DNA of 64,000 bases from Cellvibrionales bacterium (lineage in GTDB: Bacteria > Pseudomonadota > Gammaproteobacteria > Pseudomonadales > Halieaceae). The notes under the pieces were generated by a model that was not told the origin of the DNA, ran no database searches, and was given only the letters and a program-made list of their open reading frames with translations. The DNA lies in NCBI GenBank assembly GCA_043585095.1, contig CP121321.1, forward strand, positions 3,235,481-3,299,480. Direction: 5' to 3'. The position numbers and the translations under genes are program-made. Below, in pieces: positions 29,304 to 38,789 of this stretch. Position 1 is the first letter of the stretch. The number at the start of each line of letters is the position of its first letter.

Positions 29304-29921
29304 CTAGCGAAGATCAGACATAATCTGTAATTTTTGCATGGCCAGGCGCACTCGCGACTTGACCGTTCCCAGCGGTAGTTGAAGATCCTCAGCCACCTCG
29401 GAGTGTGATTTACCTTCCATGTACACCTTGGCGAGGATCTGCGACTGCTCCATCGGCAGCTGTTTCAACATATCCTTGACCCGCTCCGCGTTACGACGCT
29501 GTTGCACGGCGACAAAAGGCTCTTCTTCCTCTTGCTCCATCCAGATGTCTTCTGCGGCCAGCGGTGTATCAAACTTTTGTAGCCGACGATACATGTCGGT
29601 GCGGCAGTTACGGGCAATGGTGTAAATCCAGGTACTTGCGGCAGCTTTGCGCGGGTTGAAACCGTCGGCTTTTTGCCACACTTTCAACATCACTTCCTGC
29701 ACCAATTCGTCTGCATGGGCCGCAGCAAGCGGTGATCCAGACATGGCGAAGGCTTTTACCAGCGGGGCGAAATGCTTGAAAAGGCGAGCGAATGCGGCAC
29801 GATCTTGTTTCTTGGCGATGATTTGCAGGCACTGACTCCATTCGTCATCCCGCTTACCACCTGCCTTGATTTTAGCCTGTGCTTGCATTTCAGTTTCATC
29901 CTCTGGCGGCTTGTCGCTCAT
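29304..29921 (-). CDS. ECF-type RNA polymerase sigma factor (RpoE/ChrR-partner group)
   Basis: Sigma-70 region 2 (VQEVMLKVWQKA...TWIYTIARN) and region 4 (LGTVKSRVRLAMQKL). Paired with chrR. Confidence 0.9.
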   Translation of the reverse strand: MSDKPPEDETEMQAQAKIKAGGKRDDEWSQCLQIIAKKQDRAAFARLFKHFAPLVKAFAMSGSPLAAAHADELVQEVMLKVWQKADGFNPRKAAASTWIYTIARNCRTDMYRRLQKFDTPLAAEDIWMEQEEEEPFVAVQQRRNAERVKDMLKQLPMEQSQILAKVYMEGKSHSEVAEDLQLPLGTVKSRVRLAMQKLQIMSDLR

Positions 29922-29942
29922 ACGAGCTCTCCTATGTGCAAC

Positions 29943-29969
29943 TTACGTTTAGCACCCGCCGCCGGATCA
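29943..29969 (-). promoter_or_regulatory. Putative ECF (SigE/ChrR-type) autoregulatory promoter for the sigma-chrR operon
   Basis: The minus strand reads TGATCC (29969-29964), a 16-nt spacer, then CGTAA (29947-29943). It lies about 20 nt upstream of the sigma ORF start. Confidence 0.65.
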
Positions 29970-30017
29970 CCGGTACCGGATTGATAGATGGCAAAATCAC
30001 TGGCCATAGCCGATCAA

Positions 30018-30044
30018 TGATCCGCTAAATTAGGGCGGGCGTAA
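30018..30044 (+). promoter_or_regulatory. Putative ECF (SigE/ChrR-type) promoter for the divergent lipid-modification operon
   Basis: TGATCC (30018-30023), a 16-nt spacer, then CGTAA (30040-30044). It lies about 35 nt upstream of the ATG at 30080 and has the same architecture as the divergent promoter. Confidence 0.65.
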
Positions 30045-30079
30045 ACACCTGCGACAAAAACCTATATGTTTGAGACGCC

Positions 30080-31399
30080 ATGAGCACGCCCGCGGAAGCA
30101 GAGCGAATAGCAGTAATCGGCAGCGGTATTTCCGGACTTGCCTGCGCCTACTATCTAACCCGCGATCAAAAACAGGAAGCTAAAAAAACCTGCGATGTGC
30201 ATGTTTTCGAGGCAGATCATCGAATCGGCGGCCACACAGCCACGGTGGACGTTAAAGTCGGCGGAAGATCATACGCAGTGGATACCGGGTTTATCGTTTA
30301 CAACGACTGGACCTACCCAAATTTCATCGCACTAATGAAAGAGCTAGGCGTCGACAACCAACCGACCCGCATGAGTTTCAGCGTTAGCGACCAGCAGACG
30401 GGGCTGGAATGGGCAGGCTCAGGCCTGGATGCCCTGTTTGCGCAGCGTAAAAACCTGTTTTCACCACGCTTTCTCGGTATGGTCCGCGACATCCTCAGGT
30501 TTAATAAGGAATCTGTTGCAGACCTGGACCAGGGCCACATCAGCGCCGATATGACGCTGGGTGACTATCTCCGCCGCAATCGCTATAGCGAAGCCTTCAT
30601 AGAACAGTATCTGGTGCCTATGGGCTCAGCTATCTGGTCTGCAGACACGCAGGTCATGCAGGAATTCCCGCTGCAGTTTTTCGTGCGCTTTTTCCGCAAT
30701 CACGGCCTGCTGTCTGTCCGCAATCGCCCGCAGTGGCGGGTGATAAAGGGTGGCTCAAGGTCCTATCTTCTGCCGCTAACCCAACCCTTTAAAAACAATA
30801 TTCACGTTGGCAATCCGGTAACGCGTATTCAGCGTCTTGAGAACGGCGTGACTATTGGCTTTGCAGATGGCACGCAGCAGCAGTTTGATCGCGTCGTCCT
30901 GGCCTGCCATAGCGATCAGGCGCTGCGCATGCTGTCAGATCCCACCGCGGAAGAACGAAGTGTGCTCGGCGCCATGCAGTACCAAAAAAACGACGTCGTG
31001 CTGCACACTGATGCGACCTTACTGCCCAAGGTGCGCAAGACCTGGTCGGCTTGGAACTACCTGCTCACAGAGCATTCGCAGCGCGCCGTGTTAACGTACA
31101 ACATGAATATTCTGCAAGGCATCCAGTCCAAGGAAACGTTCTGCGTGACACTTAACCACACCAGCGCAATCAATCCCCATAAGATACTGGGCCGATTCAG
31201 CTACTCACATCCGGTATTCAGCATGGAGCAGGTTGCAGCCCAGGCGCGCTGGAACGAAATCAGTCATTCGCGCACCTGGTATGCAGGAGCCTACTGGCAC
31301 AATGGCTTTCATGAAGACGGCGTAAAAAGCGGGCTGCGGGCAGCAACGTCTATTCGCAACCAGCTTGAATCCGCCCAGGGGTTAGTCACCGCCGCATGA
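30080..31399 (+). CDS. FAD/NAD(P)-binding amine-oxidase/desaturase-like oxidoreductase
   Basis: N-terminal dinucleotide fold IAVIGSGISGLACAYYL...GG. First gene of the conserved FAD-DUF1365-CFA synthase arrangement. Confidence 0.8.
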   Translation: MSTPAEAERIAVIGSGISGLACAYYLTRDQKQEAKKTCDVHVFEADHRIGGHTATVDVKVGGRSYAVDTGFIVYNDWTYPNFIALMKELGVDNQPTRMSFSVSDQQTGLEWAGSGLDALFAQRKNLFSPRFLGMVRDILRFNKESVADLDQGHISADMTLGDYLRRNRYSEAFIEQYLVPMGSAIWSADTQVMQEFPLQFFVRFFRNHGLLSVRNRPQWRVIKGGSRSYLLPLTQPFKNNIHVGNPVTRIQRLENGVTIGFADGTQQQFDRVVLACHSDQALRMLSDPTAEERSVLGAMQYQKNDVVLHTDATLLPKVRKTWSAWNYLLTEHSQRAVLTYNMNILQGIQSKETFCVTLNHTSAINPHKILGRFSYSHPVFSMEQVAAQARWNEISHSRTWYAGAYWHNGFHEDGVKSGLRAATSIRNQLESAQGLVTAA

Positions 31400-32142
31400 C
31401 CAGCGCTATATACGAGGGCTGGCTGCGTCACCGGCGCACCTCGCCAAAAGCACACAACTTCAAATACCGGGTTTTCATGCCATTCCTGCGTTTGGATGAA
31501 TTGCCCACGCTCTTTGATAATAGTCTGCTTTGGTCTGCGCGCGGTGTAGCTCCCGCTCGCTTCAAACGCAGCGATTTTTTTGGCGACCCCGCCAAGCCGC
31601 TAAGCGAAGAAGTGCGCGATAGGGTAATGGAGGAAACCGGTGAACGCCCGGACGGGCCAATCTATCTGTTAGCCAATCTACGCTACTTTGGCTACATCAC
31701 CAATCCAATAGCCTGCTATTACTGCTATGACAAAGATGAAGTCACGCTGCGTTACATTGTGGCGGAAGTTACCAATACACCTTGGGATGAAAGGCATAGT
31801 TACGTCTTGAGCGCCCCCGATGATGGTGGATGGCTGCGTACAAAATTTGATAAGGCACTACACGTATCTCCCTTTCACCCCATGGACATGACCTATCATT
31901 GGCACAGCAATACGCCAGCCAATAAACTGTGTTTGCATCTTGCCAATCATCAGCAGGGTGAGAGAATCTTTGATGCAACCCTGTCCATGCAGCGCCACGA
32001 AATTTCGCCTGCCAAGCTGCGTAAGTTTTTGTGGCGCTACCCGGCAATGACCTGCAAGGTTGTTGGCGCAATTTACTGGGAGGCACTAAAGATTTGGCTT
32101 AAGGGCAACCCATATCATTCACACCCTTCGTCCACGACTTGA
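31396..32142 (+). CDS. DUF1365 family protein
   Basis: IYEGWLRHRR..P..H.F.YRVFM N-terminus typical of DUF1365. 4-nt overlap with the upstream gene. Confidence 0.75.
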   Translation: MTSAIYEGWLRHRRTSPKAHNFKYRVFMPFLRLDELPTLFDNSLLWSARGVAPARFKRSDFFGDPAKPLSEEVRDRVMEETGERPDGPIYLLANLRYFGYITNPIACYYCYDKDEVTLRYIVAEVTNTPWDERHSYVLSAPDDGGWLRTKFDKALHVSPFHPMDMTYHWHSNTPANKLCLHLANHQQGERIFDATLSMQRHEISPAKLRKFLWRYPAMTCKVVGAIYWEALKIWLKGNPYHSHPSSTT

Positions 32143-32209
32143 ACATACGACCTGAACAAACGATTCGAATGAACTTTTGCAAAAAAACTATGAACAGCGA
32201 GAAGAATAA

Positions 32210-33466
32210 ATGAGTGATGCCAGCGTACGAGCTATCCGACTGCCGCAGAAAAAAAGCAGCGGCCTGGGCAACTCGATGGCAAAACAAGCCATGCACCGAT
32301 TGCTGAACAGCCTGCGGATTGGTTCAATGATTGTCCACGAGGGAAATGAAACACTGACTTTCGGGAATATCGACAGGCCGGGAGAACCAGCAGCGGAAGT
32401 GTATGTGCACAGCGCTGATGTTTACCGCAAGGTACTGACTGGCGGCGCACTGGGCTCTGGCGAGTCCTATATGGAAGGTGACTGGTCGGCTACAGACCTC
32501 ACCGAGGTCATCCGCTTGTTCACCGCTAACCTCTCTGTGCTGCACAACATGAACGCCAACAAATCCTGGGCACGGAAAGTCGGGCTGGCGATCGCACACA
32601 TGTTTAACAGCAACACACTGAAAGGCTCCCGCCGGAATATTTCTGCACACTACGATCTCGGAAATGATTTTTTCGAACTTTTCCTGGATTCGAGCATGAT
32701 GTACTCCTCGGCAGTGTTTCCCGACAAGTCCGCTGATCTCGAAGAAGCGGCAGCTCACAAACTGGACTTGTTGTGTCAGCAGCTCGAGCTAAAGCCAGAT
32801 GACCACCTTTTAGAGATAGGCACCGGCTGGGGAGGTTTAGCCGTACACGCGGCAAAAAACTACGGCTGCAGAGTCACAACCACCACCATTTCCCAAGAGC
32901 AGTACGAGCGCGCCCGTCAGCGCGTTAGCGACGCCGGCCTGGAAGACCGCGTCACGCTGCTGCTGAAAGACTATCGGGAACTCGAAGGCCAATATGACAA
33001 GCTGGTGTCGGTAGAAATGATCGAGGCCGTGGGTCATCAGTTTTACGGCACTTACTTTGCCAAGTGCAGCGACCTGTTAAAGCCCACCGGGTTAATGGCA
33101 ATTCAGGCCATCACGATGGTCGATCAGCGCTACGAAATGGCCAGGGACGCGGTTGATTTTATCAAGCGCTATATCTTCCCAGGCGGCTGCCTGCCTTCCG
33201 TCGAGGTCATCTCCCGCCACCTGAAGCAGGACACAGATATGCAAATGGTGCATCTGCGAGACATCACTGAGCACTACGCGGATACGCTGGCACTTTGGCG
33301 TGAGCGCTTTTTCAATAAGATTGAAGAGGTACGGCGGCAGGGCTTTGACGAAACGTTTATTCGTATGTGGGAATTCTACCTGTGCTACTGCGAGGGCGGT
33401 TTCCGGGAACGCTCGATTGGCACTGTGCAGCTCGCTTTTGCAAAACCCGATTATCGATTCCGCTAG
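32210..33466 (+). CDS. Cyclopropane-fatty-acyl-phospholipid synthase-like SAM-dependent methyltransferase
   Basis: NISAHYDLGNDFF, SAM motif LLEIGTGWGGLA, WREYLCYCEGGF-like C-terminus (WEFYLCYCEGGF). Confidence 0.88.
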   Translation: MSDASVRAIRLPQKKSSGLGNSMAKQAMHRLLNSLRIGSMIVHEGNETLTFGNIDRPGEPAAEVYVHSADVYRKVLTGGALGSGESYMEGDWSATDLTEVIRLFTANLSVLHNMNANKSWARKVGLAIAHMFNSNTLKGSRRNISAHYDLGNDFFELFLDSSMMYSSAVFPDKSADLEEAAAHKLDLLCQQLELKPDDHLLEIGTGWGGLAVHAAKNYGCRVTTTTISQEQYERARQRVSDAGLEDRVTLLLKDYRELEGQYDKLVSVEMIEAVGHQFYGTYFAKCSDLLKPTGLMAIQAITMVDQRYEMARDAVDFIKRYIFPGGCLPSVEVISRHLKQDTDMQMVHLRDITEHYADTLALWRERFFNKIEEVRRQGFDETFIRMWEFYLCYCEGGFRERSIGTVQLAFAKPDYRFR

Positions 33467-33511
33467 AGGCTGAAACGAGAATGGCCAAGCGCGCTGATTG
33501 CGAATCCCGGC

Positions 33512-34126
33512 TTGGGCGTCTCGGCGGCTGCTTCTGTGTCGCTGTCGGCAGCTCTTTCTGTGAATAAGGAAACGCTGCTCCACAAGGCGGGCAACGGCAC
33601 GCTGTTCAACCTGAGCTGGCTAGCCATCGTCACCAGTCAGTCTCTGCCCATTGCCGCGGCCGTAGTGTTGATCCATCTTTGTGTTCATCAATGGTGGCTG
33701 GGCCAAGGCTTGCGTGAACTTTTGTTCATCGTCGCAGTCTCTCTACTAGGGTTCACGGTAGACCAACTGCTTTTCGCTGTAGGCCTTTTTACGCTCGACG
33801 GGCAGGCAGCGCTGGCGCCGTTATGGCTGAGCTGTCTTTGGCCGGTGATGGCGACTACATTTCAACACGCCTTTTCAGGCTTGCAGCGACAATTGCTTTT
33901 GGCGGCCGTATTGGGTGGCGTCGGCGGTTATACCAGCTACTACGCGGGTACTGCCATGTCCCAGATTGATTTTGCAGACCCCTTCCGCGGCCCGCTCTTC
34001 ATTGCCGCGATTTGGGTGGTTTTGTTCCCGGCGCTCGCGTTCGCAGCGCGGCTATGGTTCAAGACTGAAGATGAGCATGACGAACGTGACGATAACCAAG
34101 ATGGAAAAGAAGGCCATGCGCACTAG
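33512..34126 (+). CDS. Polytopic membrane protein, DUF2878-like
   Basis: About five hydrophobic helices and a position downstream of the cfa-like gene. The start codon is uncertain: TTG at 33512, or in-frame GTG at 33536 or 33560. Confidence 0.55.
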   Translation: MGVSAAASVSLSAALSVNKETLLHKAGNGTLFNLSWLAIVTSQSLPIAAAVVLIHLCVHQWWLGQGLRELLFIVAVSLLGFTVDQLLFAVGLFTLDGQAALAPLWLSCLWPVMATTFQHAFSGLQRQLLLAAVLGGVGGYTSYYAGTAMSQIDFADPFRGPLFIAAIWVVLFPALAFAARLWFKTEDEHDERDDNQDGKEGHAH

Positions 34127-34862
34127 CAGAGTACTGGCAACGGCTTGCGTCTTGATGCTGGGCTTGTCCAATCCGCAGAGTCTCGCTGCGACCGCTAAGG
34201 TCGTCGGAAATCAGCAGGCGACGGTGACGTTCCCCGAGCCCCAACCTGACGTGGTCGGCAAAGCTACAGACCTAAAAACCGGCGAGACCTTATATCTGGA
34301 ACACTACTACTGCAGCGACGATGAGCTGCGCTGCAGTGTGTTTTACTTGCGCCCTGACGATCGGGTCATTGCCCGAAAAGATTTAGACTATGCGACTAGT
34401 CCGAAAGCACCCGATTTGAAATTTCAAGACTTTCGGATCGACAAAGAGATTGTTATCGAAAGCACTGAATCCGACTCGGTTGTGGATGCCGGCTTCGACA
34501 ATTTCGTGCGACTGCAGTGGCAGGACCTGGCCGAGGGTGATGACATCCAGTTCCCGTTCCGCATGGTGGGCAGAGAAGAGCCAATCGACATGCTTGCCAG
34601 ACAGCGAGATGAATGTGAAGGTGACAAGCTATGCCTGAACATCAGGCTCGACTCCTGGCTCCTGGGCAACCTGATTGATCCCATTCAGCTAACCTACGAT
34701 CGCGATTCACAGCGTCTATTGCGCTTTAAGGGCATTAGCAATCTACGCAATGATGAGGGCCGCACTCAAAAAGTCGATATTGTGTATGCCTATCCGCAGC
34801 AACAGGTCCAATCCGAACCCAAACCTGCGCCTAAGCCCGCAAATCGCAAGGATAGCGACTAA
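34116..34862 (+). CDS. Secreted hypothetical protein
   Basis: The Met at 34116 gives the signal peptide MRTSRVLATACVLMLGLSNPQSLAA. No recognisable domain. Last gene of the operon. Confidence 0.55.
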   Translation: MRTSRVLATACVLMLGLSNPQSLAATAKVVGNQQATVTFPEPQPDVVGKATDLKTGETLYLEHYYCSDDELRCSVFYLRPDDRVIARKDLDYATSPKAPDLKFQDFRIDKEIVIESTESDSVVDAGFDNFVRLQWQDLAEGDDIQFPFRMVGREEPIDMLARQRDECEGDKLCLNIRLDSWLLGNLIDPIQLTYDRDSQRLLRFKGISNLRNDEGRTQKVDIVYAYPQQQVQSEPKPAPKPANRKDSD

Positions 34863-37135
34863 GCGTCGCGACGCCGGTAGTGCCACCAGGGCGGTAGCAA
34901 TGATCGGTAGGCAGGCTCAGCATAGCGCGGGTCGATCAGTAAGGCCCTGCCTTGATCGGATTCCCTGCGCACAACGCGACCCAGGGCTTGCGAGACGCGC
35001 TGCATACCTGGATACAGATAGGCAAACTCAAAGCCGCTGCCATGAACCGTTTGGTAATAGGCCTTTAATACGTCGCGGCCACGGTTAAACGCCGGCAGAC
35101 CTGCTCCGACAATAATCACGCTACTGAGGGCGTCGCCTGGCAAATCGACACCCTCACCAAAAACACCGCCCAGAATGCAGAACGCCGCGATATTGCGCTG
35201 GGACTCCAGCGTATCCAGCAAGCCATTACGCTGATCCTCCCGCCAGTTCCTTGCCTGCACGTGCACTGCCCTGCCCTGAATCATCGGCCTTGCGACTGCC
35301 AACACCTCCTCCATGTAGCGGTAGGCGCTGAAATACACCACGCAGTTGCCCGGTGTGTTGTCGAGCCAGTCAGCTATAGCGGTTGCCACGTCCTGTAGTG
35401 TTCTGTTTCTGGCTTTGTAGCGTGTATCCAGATGGGTACACAGCTCGACCTGGAGCTGGGTCTCAGCAAAGGGCGACGGCAGCGACTGATAGACCGCGTC
35501 CTCCAGACCCATTTCCGCCAGCATCCAACTGGCGGGAGAAACCGTTGCGCTGAACGCAGTCACCGCCTTCGCCGATGCGTGCTTTTCCTTTAATAGCCGG
35601 GCCGGATCAAGACAGCGTAGGCAGATGCTCAGGCTTTGGGACTCCTCACTACGCTCCATCTCAAATCGGTAGTCGCACCCAAACGCTTCTAGAACTCGCG
35701 TAAATTGCAGGCAGTCGAAAAAAAATGACAGCAACACGGGTCGGCTCTGCAGATAGCGCGCGTCTGCGGCCAAGGCCTCTCCTACGGCGGACGTTACTCG
35801 GCTTAAGGCCGGCGAGAGTTGCGCCGGCGGCTCTGGGCGACTATCAAAATGAGGCTCCTGCCACTGAGCCTTGTCGAACTCTAAAAACAGCGTATTGAGC
35901 GCTGATAGCGCCCTTTTGACCGACCCACCCGCTTGTTTACGCGCCGCCAAAACGTCTGCTTTACGTAAGCCAGCGCTGTACATACCCCGGGCACGGTCTG
36001 GCAGGTTATGCGCTTCGTCCAGCAGCACGCTGTAAGACAAACCCACATCCTGGTAGCGCGCTGCCACCAGTGCGTGAAAGCTATACACGTAGTGCAAGTC
36101 GCCAATACAGACATCAACCCAGGGCAGCAAATCGCTTGCCAGCTGATAGGGGCAAACATGGTGATCCCTGGCGAGCACCTCTATATTGCTGCGGCTGAGA
36201 TCGGGCACGGCCATCGCTGCATTGAGTGCGGCAGGCAGGCGGTCGTAGTAACCGGATGCAAAACTGCAGTCCTCGCCGTGGCAGGCCTTGCCAGGCGAAA
36301 AACAAATCGCCTCTTTTGCCGTCAAGCTCAATCTGCGCAGCGCCAGGCCTCGCCGCTCAAATTGACGCAGTCCGTCCTCTGCCGCACGGCGTCCCACCGT
36401 GCGCGCGGTCGCAAAAACAATACGATCGTGCTTGCCGGTAGCGATCGCCTTTAGCGCAGGAAATAATGCCGCCGCGGTTTTGCCTGTGCCCGTTGGCGCT
36501 TCCAGCAGCGCGCGGCCTGCACTGGCCACACATTTGTAGACGGTTTCAGCCATCGCGCGCTGACTGTCTCGGAATTCAGGGTAGGGCCACTCCAGTGCAG
36601 TGATGCTCGCGTCGCGACGCTGCTGCCATTCTTGCTGAAGCAATAACCAGTCTTGCATGGCCGCCAGCGTATCGGTCATAAACCCGATGAGTTCCGGCGC
36701 ACTGTGTTGTTCGCGCCTTTGCCACTGCTCACCGGAGTCCACGTGGAAGTAGGTCAGTACTAGCGTAACGTCCGTGACTGATTCGCTATGACAAAGTAGC
36801 CCGCCGTAAAGCATAAGCTGCGCCCAATGCAGAGCCTCTACCTGCTGGGGAATATCATCGCGCGCCACCCGGCAGGTCTTGATCTCCTCCAACATGGGTT
36901 CGGCGGCGCTGTATCCGTCGGCTCGGCCCGTTAGCCTGATAGCGCCCATCTCGGTATCTAGCGTCGCAGCCAATGGATACTCTGCCTGGTAATCGGGGCC
37001 ACGGCTGCGCTGCACCTGCTGGTGACCCGCGATGCCCTCGGCAGCACTGGGCGAGGGCGTAAAACGATAGTCGATATCGCCCTGTCGGTGACAGAACTCA
37101 GCAATCTCGCGTACAGAGAGCTTAAGCTCAGTCAT
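34859..37135 (-). CDS. Fusion of an N-terminal RecB-like PD-(D/E)xK nuclease domain with an XPD/DinG-type Fe-S SF2 DNA helicase
   Basis: Nuclease motifs GRADGY, LEEIKT (ExK) and QLMLY (QxxxY). Helicase motif I EAPTGTGKT and motif II DEAH. Four-Cys cluster region (ICFSPGKACHGEDCSF...HHVCPY). Confidence 0.8.
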   Translation of the reverse strand: MTELKLSVREIAEFCHRQGDIDYRFTPSPSAAEGIAGHQQVQRSRGPDYQAEYPLAATLDTEMGAIRLTGRADGYSAAEPMLEEIKTCRVARDDIPQQVEALHWAQLMLYGGLLCHSESVTDVTLVLTYFHVDSGEQWQRREQHSAPELIGFMTDTLAAMQDWLLLQQEWQQRRDASITALEWPYPEFRDSQRAMAETVYKCVASAGRALLEAPTGTGKTAAALFPALKAIATGKHDRIVFATARTVGRRAAEDGLRQFERRGLALRRLSLTAKEAICFSPGKACHGEDCSFASGYYDRLPAALNAAMAVPDLSRSNIEVLARDHHVCPYQLASDLLPWVDVCIGDLHYVYSFHALVAARYQDVGLSYSVLLDEAHNLPDRARGMYSAGLRKADVLAARKQAGGSVKRALSALNTLFLEFDKAQWQEPHFDSRPEPPAQLSPALSRVTSAVGEALAADARYLQSRPVLLSFFFDCLQFTRVLEAFGCDYRFEMERSEESQSLSICLRCLDPARLLKEKHASAKAVTAFSATVSPASWMLAEMGLEDAVYQSLPSPFAETQLQVELCTHLDTRYKARNRTLQDVATAIADWLDNTPGNCVVYFSAYRYMEEVLAVARPMIQGRAVHVQARNWREDQRNGLLDTLESQRNIAAFCILGGVFGEGVDLPGDALSSVIIVGAGLPAFNRGRDVLKAYYQTVHGSGFEFAYLYPGMQRVSQALGRVVRRESDQGRALLIDPRYAEPAYRSLLPPWWHYRRRDA

Positions 37136-38789
37136 CGGACCAGCTCACTTTGCACACTGCTGCGGGGATGCCTTGTTGCTGGAAATAGCGCAGCCAGCGG
37201 CGCTGGTTTTGCTGCAACTGATCACCCGGGCCTTTTACCTCGATCAACCTGTAACCCTTTTCCGCATCCAACAGCAGCAAATCCGGAAAACCGTTTCGAT
37301 TGGCCTCCGGGTCGAATAACTGGCGTCTCCACACGGCCAGCCAATGCGCTCGAGGAATAATGGCGAGCGCGGCTTCGAGAATCGGCCGCAAGCCACCTCG
37401 CCATGCAACCCAGGTATTAGTCGTTCCTGCATACCGATCGTATGCCGACAACAGACAGTCGCTGAGATCGGCCTGCTCCAGCTCAGCAAGACGCTGATCG
37501 ATCAACCTCTGACGCTTCCGGTAGAAATCTGCGGTGTACATATCCAGCGGCGCCGCTTGGAAAGGGTTTACAAACGCACCCGTCACTGGAGCAAAAATCT
37601 GCTCCCAAAAGGCTAGCCCGAAGCTCGCGTTAAACAGCCAGTTTTCAATATGCCAGGCGTCGGCCCACTGCTGCTCATAATGCACAGCCACAGCCGCTTC
37701 AACCGAGTGGGTTTGCGCGAGTGCGAGCTCCTCTATATCAAACACGTCTCGAGGCACAGACCGATACGATCGACCCAGTTTTCGGGAGAGGGTCGGTATG
37801 TTGCGCCGCGCGAAATCACGCTCGGCCTCACACCAGGGATTGTCGGCCATTTCGCTGCACAAAGTGAGCGCGGCCGCCTCATCTCGAACTGCCAACAGTC
37901 GCGTCAACCGCTGGCGCGCGGGATGTTGGTCACAAACGGTGTACAGTGTAATCGCCTCGTCAACAAACCCGTCGCGCTCTAACTGTCTCGCGATACGCAG
38001 CCGCAAACGGTCTCTCAGGCCCTGCGCCGTTGCACCGCGGGCAGGATCAAGCAAACTGCGGCCCAGCGCCACCAATGTGCCTGCGTCCTGGGCTGCCACG
38101 GCGATTTTCGCCAGTGACTTAAGCTCATTCAGGACAAGATACTCATCAACTTCCTCCCGGTTTGTAAACAATCTCGCCGCCGAGTCGAGAGGGTACGGGG
38201 CGTAACGTGCGTAGCCCATATCGCTGAGCACAAACTCGGTAAGGTCCTGATAGGAATTGCCGAAAAAAAGGAGCTTGAAGCGATCGACAGTCTCGCTATA
38301 GAGCGGTCGCAGCACCAACATCGCCTCACTTGCCCACGCCTGCCAAAGTGACAGCAGCCTATCTTCGGCGTAGACAGAATTTATTTGCGTGAGCAGGTCC
38401 GCCCGGCTCAGACGCTTAGCGCCATCAATATCGTCACCGTAGATTTCCAGCAGCTCTTCTTTGCGCAACAGCCTGGCTAATACGGAGAAGTCAGGCCGCT
38501 CTTCTTGCCCCAACAGCCCTGAATCAAAACCTTCCCTCAGCACGGGCGAAAGGTCGCCCAGCTCGGCATAGGCGAGCCGGTCGCTTCTAAAAACTGGCCC
38601 ACGGCGGGACACCAGTCGAACGTATAAACAACGAAGCGGCTCGCTTGCGGCGCGAAAGCGCGCCAGAAAATCGTCTTCATATTCGCTGAGCAAATCCGCG
38701 TACTGCTGCGCAACGGTGTGCAGCAGCTGCTCAAAATTTGCGAGGTAGTAGCGCGGAGGCAGTTCCGGTGGGACGACTTCGCTGTTCAT
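37128..38789 (-). CDS. FAN1-like VRR-NUC domain nuclease
   Basis: C-terminal FPDLLLLDAEKGYRLIEVKGPGDQLQQNQRRWLRYF matches the VRR-NUC catalytic core (PDL...EVK...Q) seen in FAN1, with a long helical N-terminal region. I take the start at the Met (38789) whose ATG overlaps the EamA stop (ATGA), by ORF-track frame arithmetic. My hand count of the printed sequence was one base off the ORF track here, so the overlap needs checking. Confidence 0.8.
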   Translation of the reverse strand: MNSEVVPPELPPRYYLANFEQLLHTVAQQYADLLSEYEDDFLARFRAASEPLRCLYVRLVSRRGPVFRSDRLAYAELGDLSPVLREGFDSGLLGQEERPDFSVLARLLRKEELLEIYGDDIDGAKRLSRADLLTQINSVYAEDRLLSLWQAWASEAMLVLRPLYSETVDRFKLLFFGNSYQDLTEFVLSDMGYARYAPYPLDSAARLFTNREEVDEYLVLNELKSLAKIAVAAQDAGTLVALGRSLLDPARGATAQGLRDRLRLRIARQLERDGFVDEAITLYTVCDQHPARQRLTRLLAVRDEAAALTLCSEMADNPWCEAERDFARRNIPTLSRKLGRSYRSVPRDVFDIEELALAQTHSVEAAVAVHYEQQWADAWHIENWLFNASFGLAFWEQIFAPVTGAFVNPFQAAPLDMYTADFYRKRQRLIDQRLAELEQADLSDCLLSAYDRYAGTTNTWVAWRGGLRPILEAALAIIPRAHWLAVWRRQLFDPEANRNGFPDLLLLDAEKGYRLIEVKGPGDQLQQNQRRWLRYFQQQGIPAAVCKVSWSDD

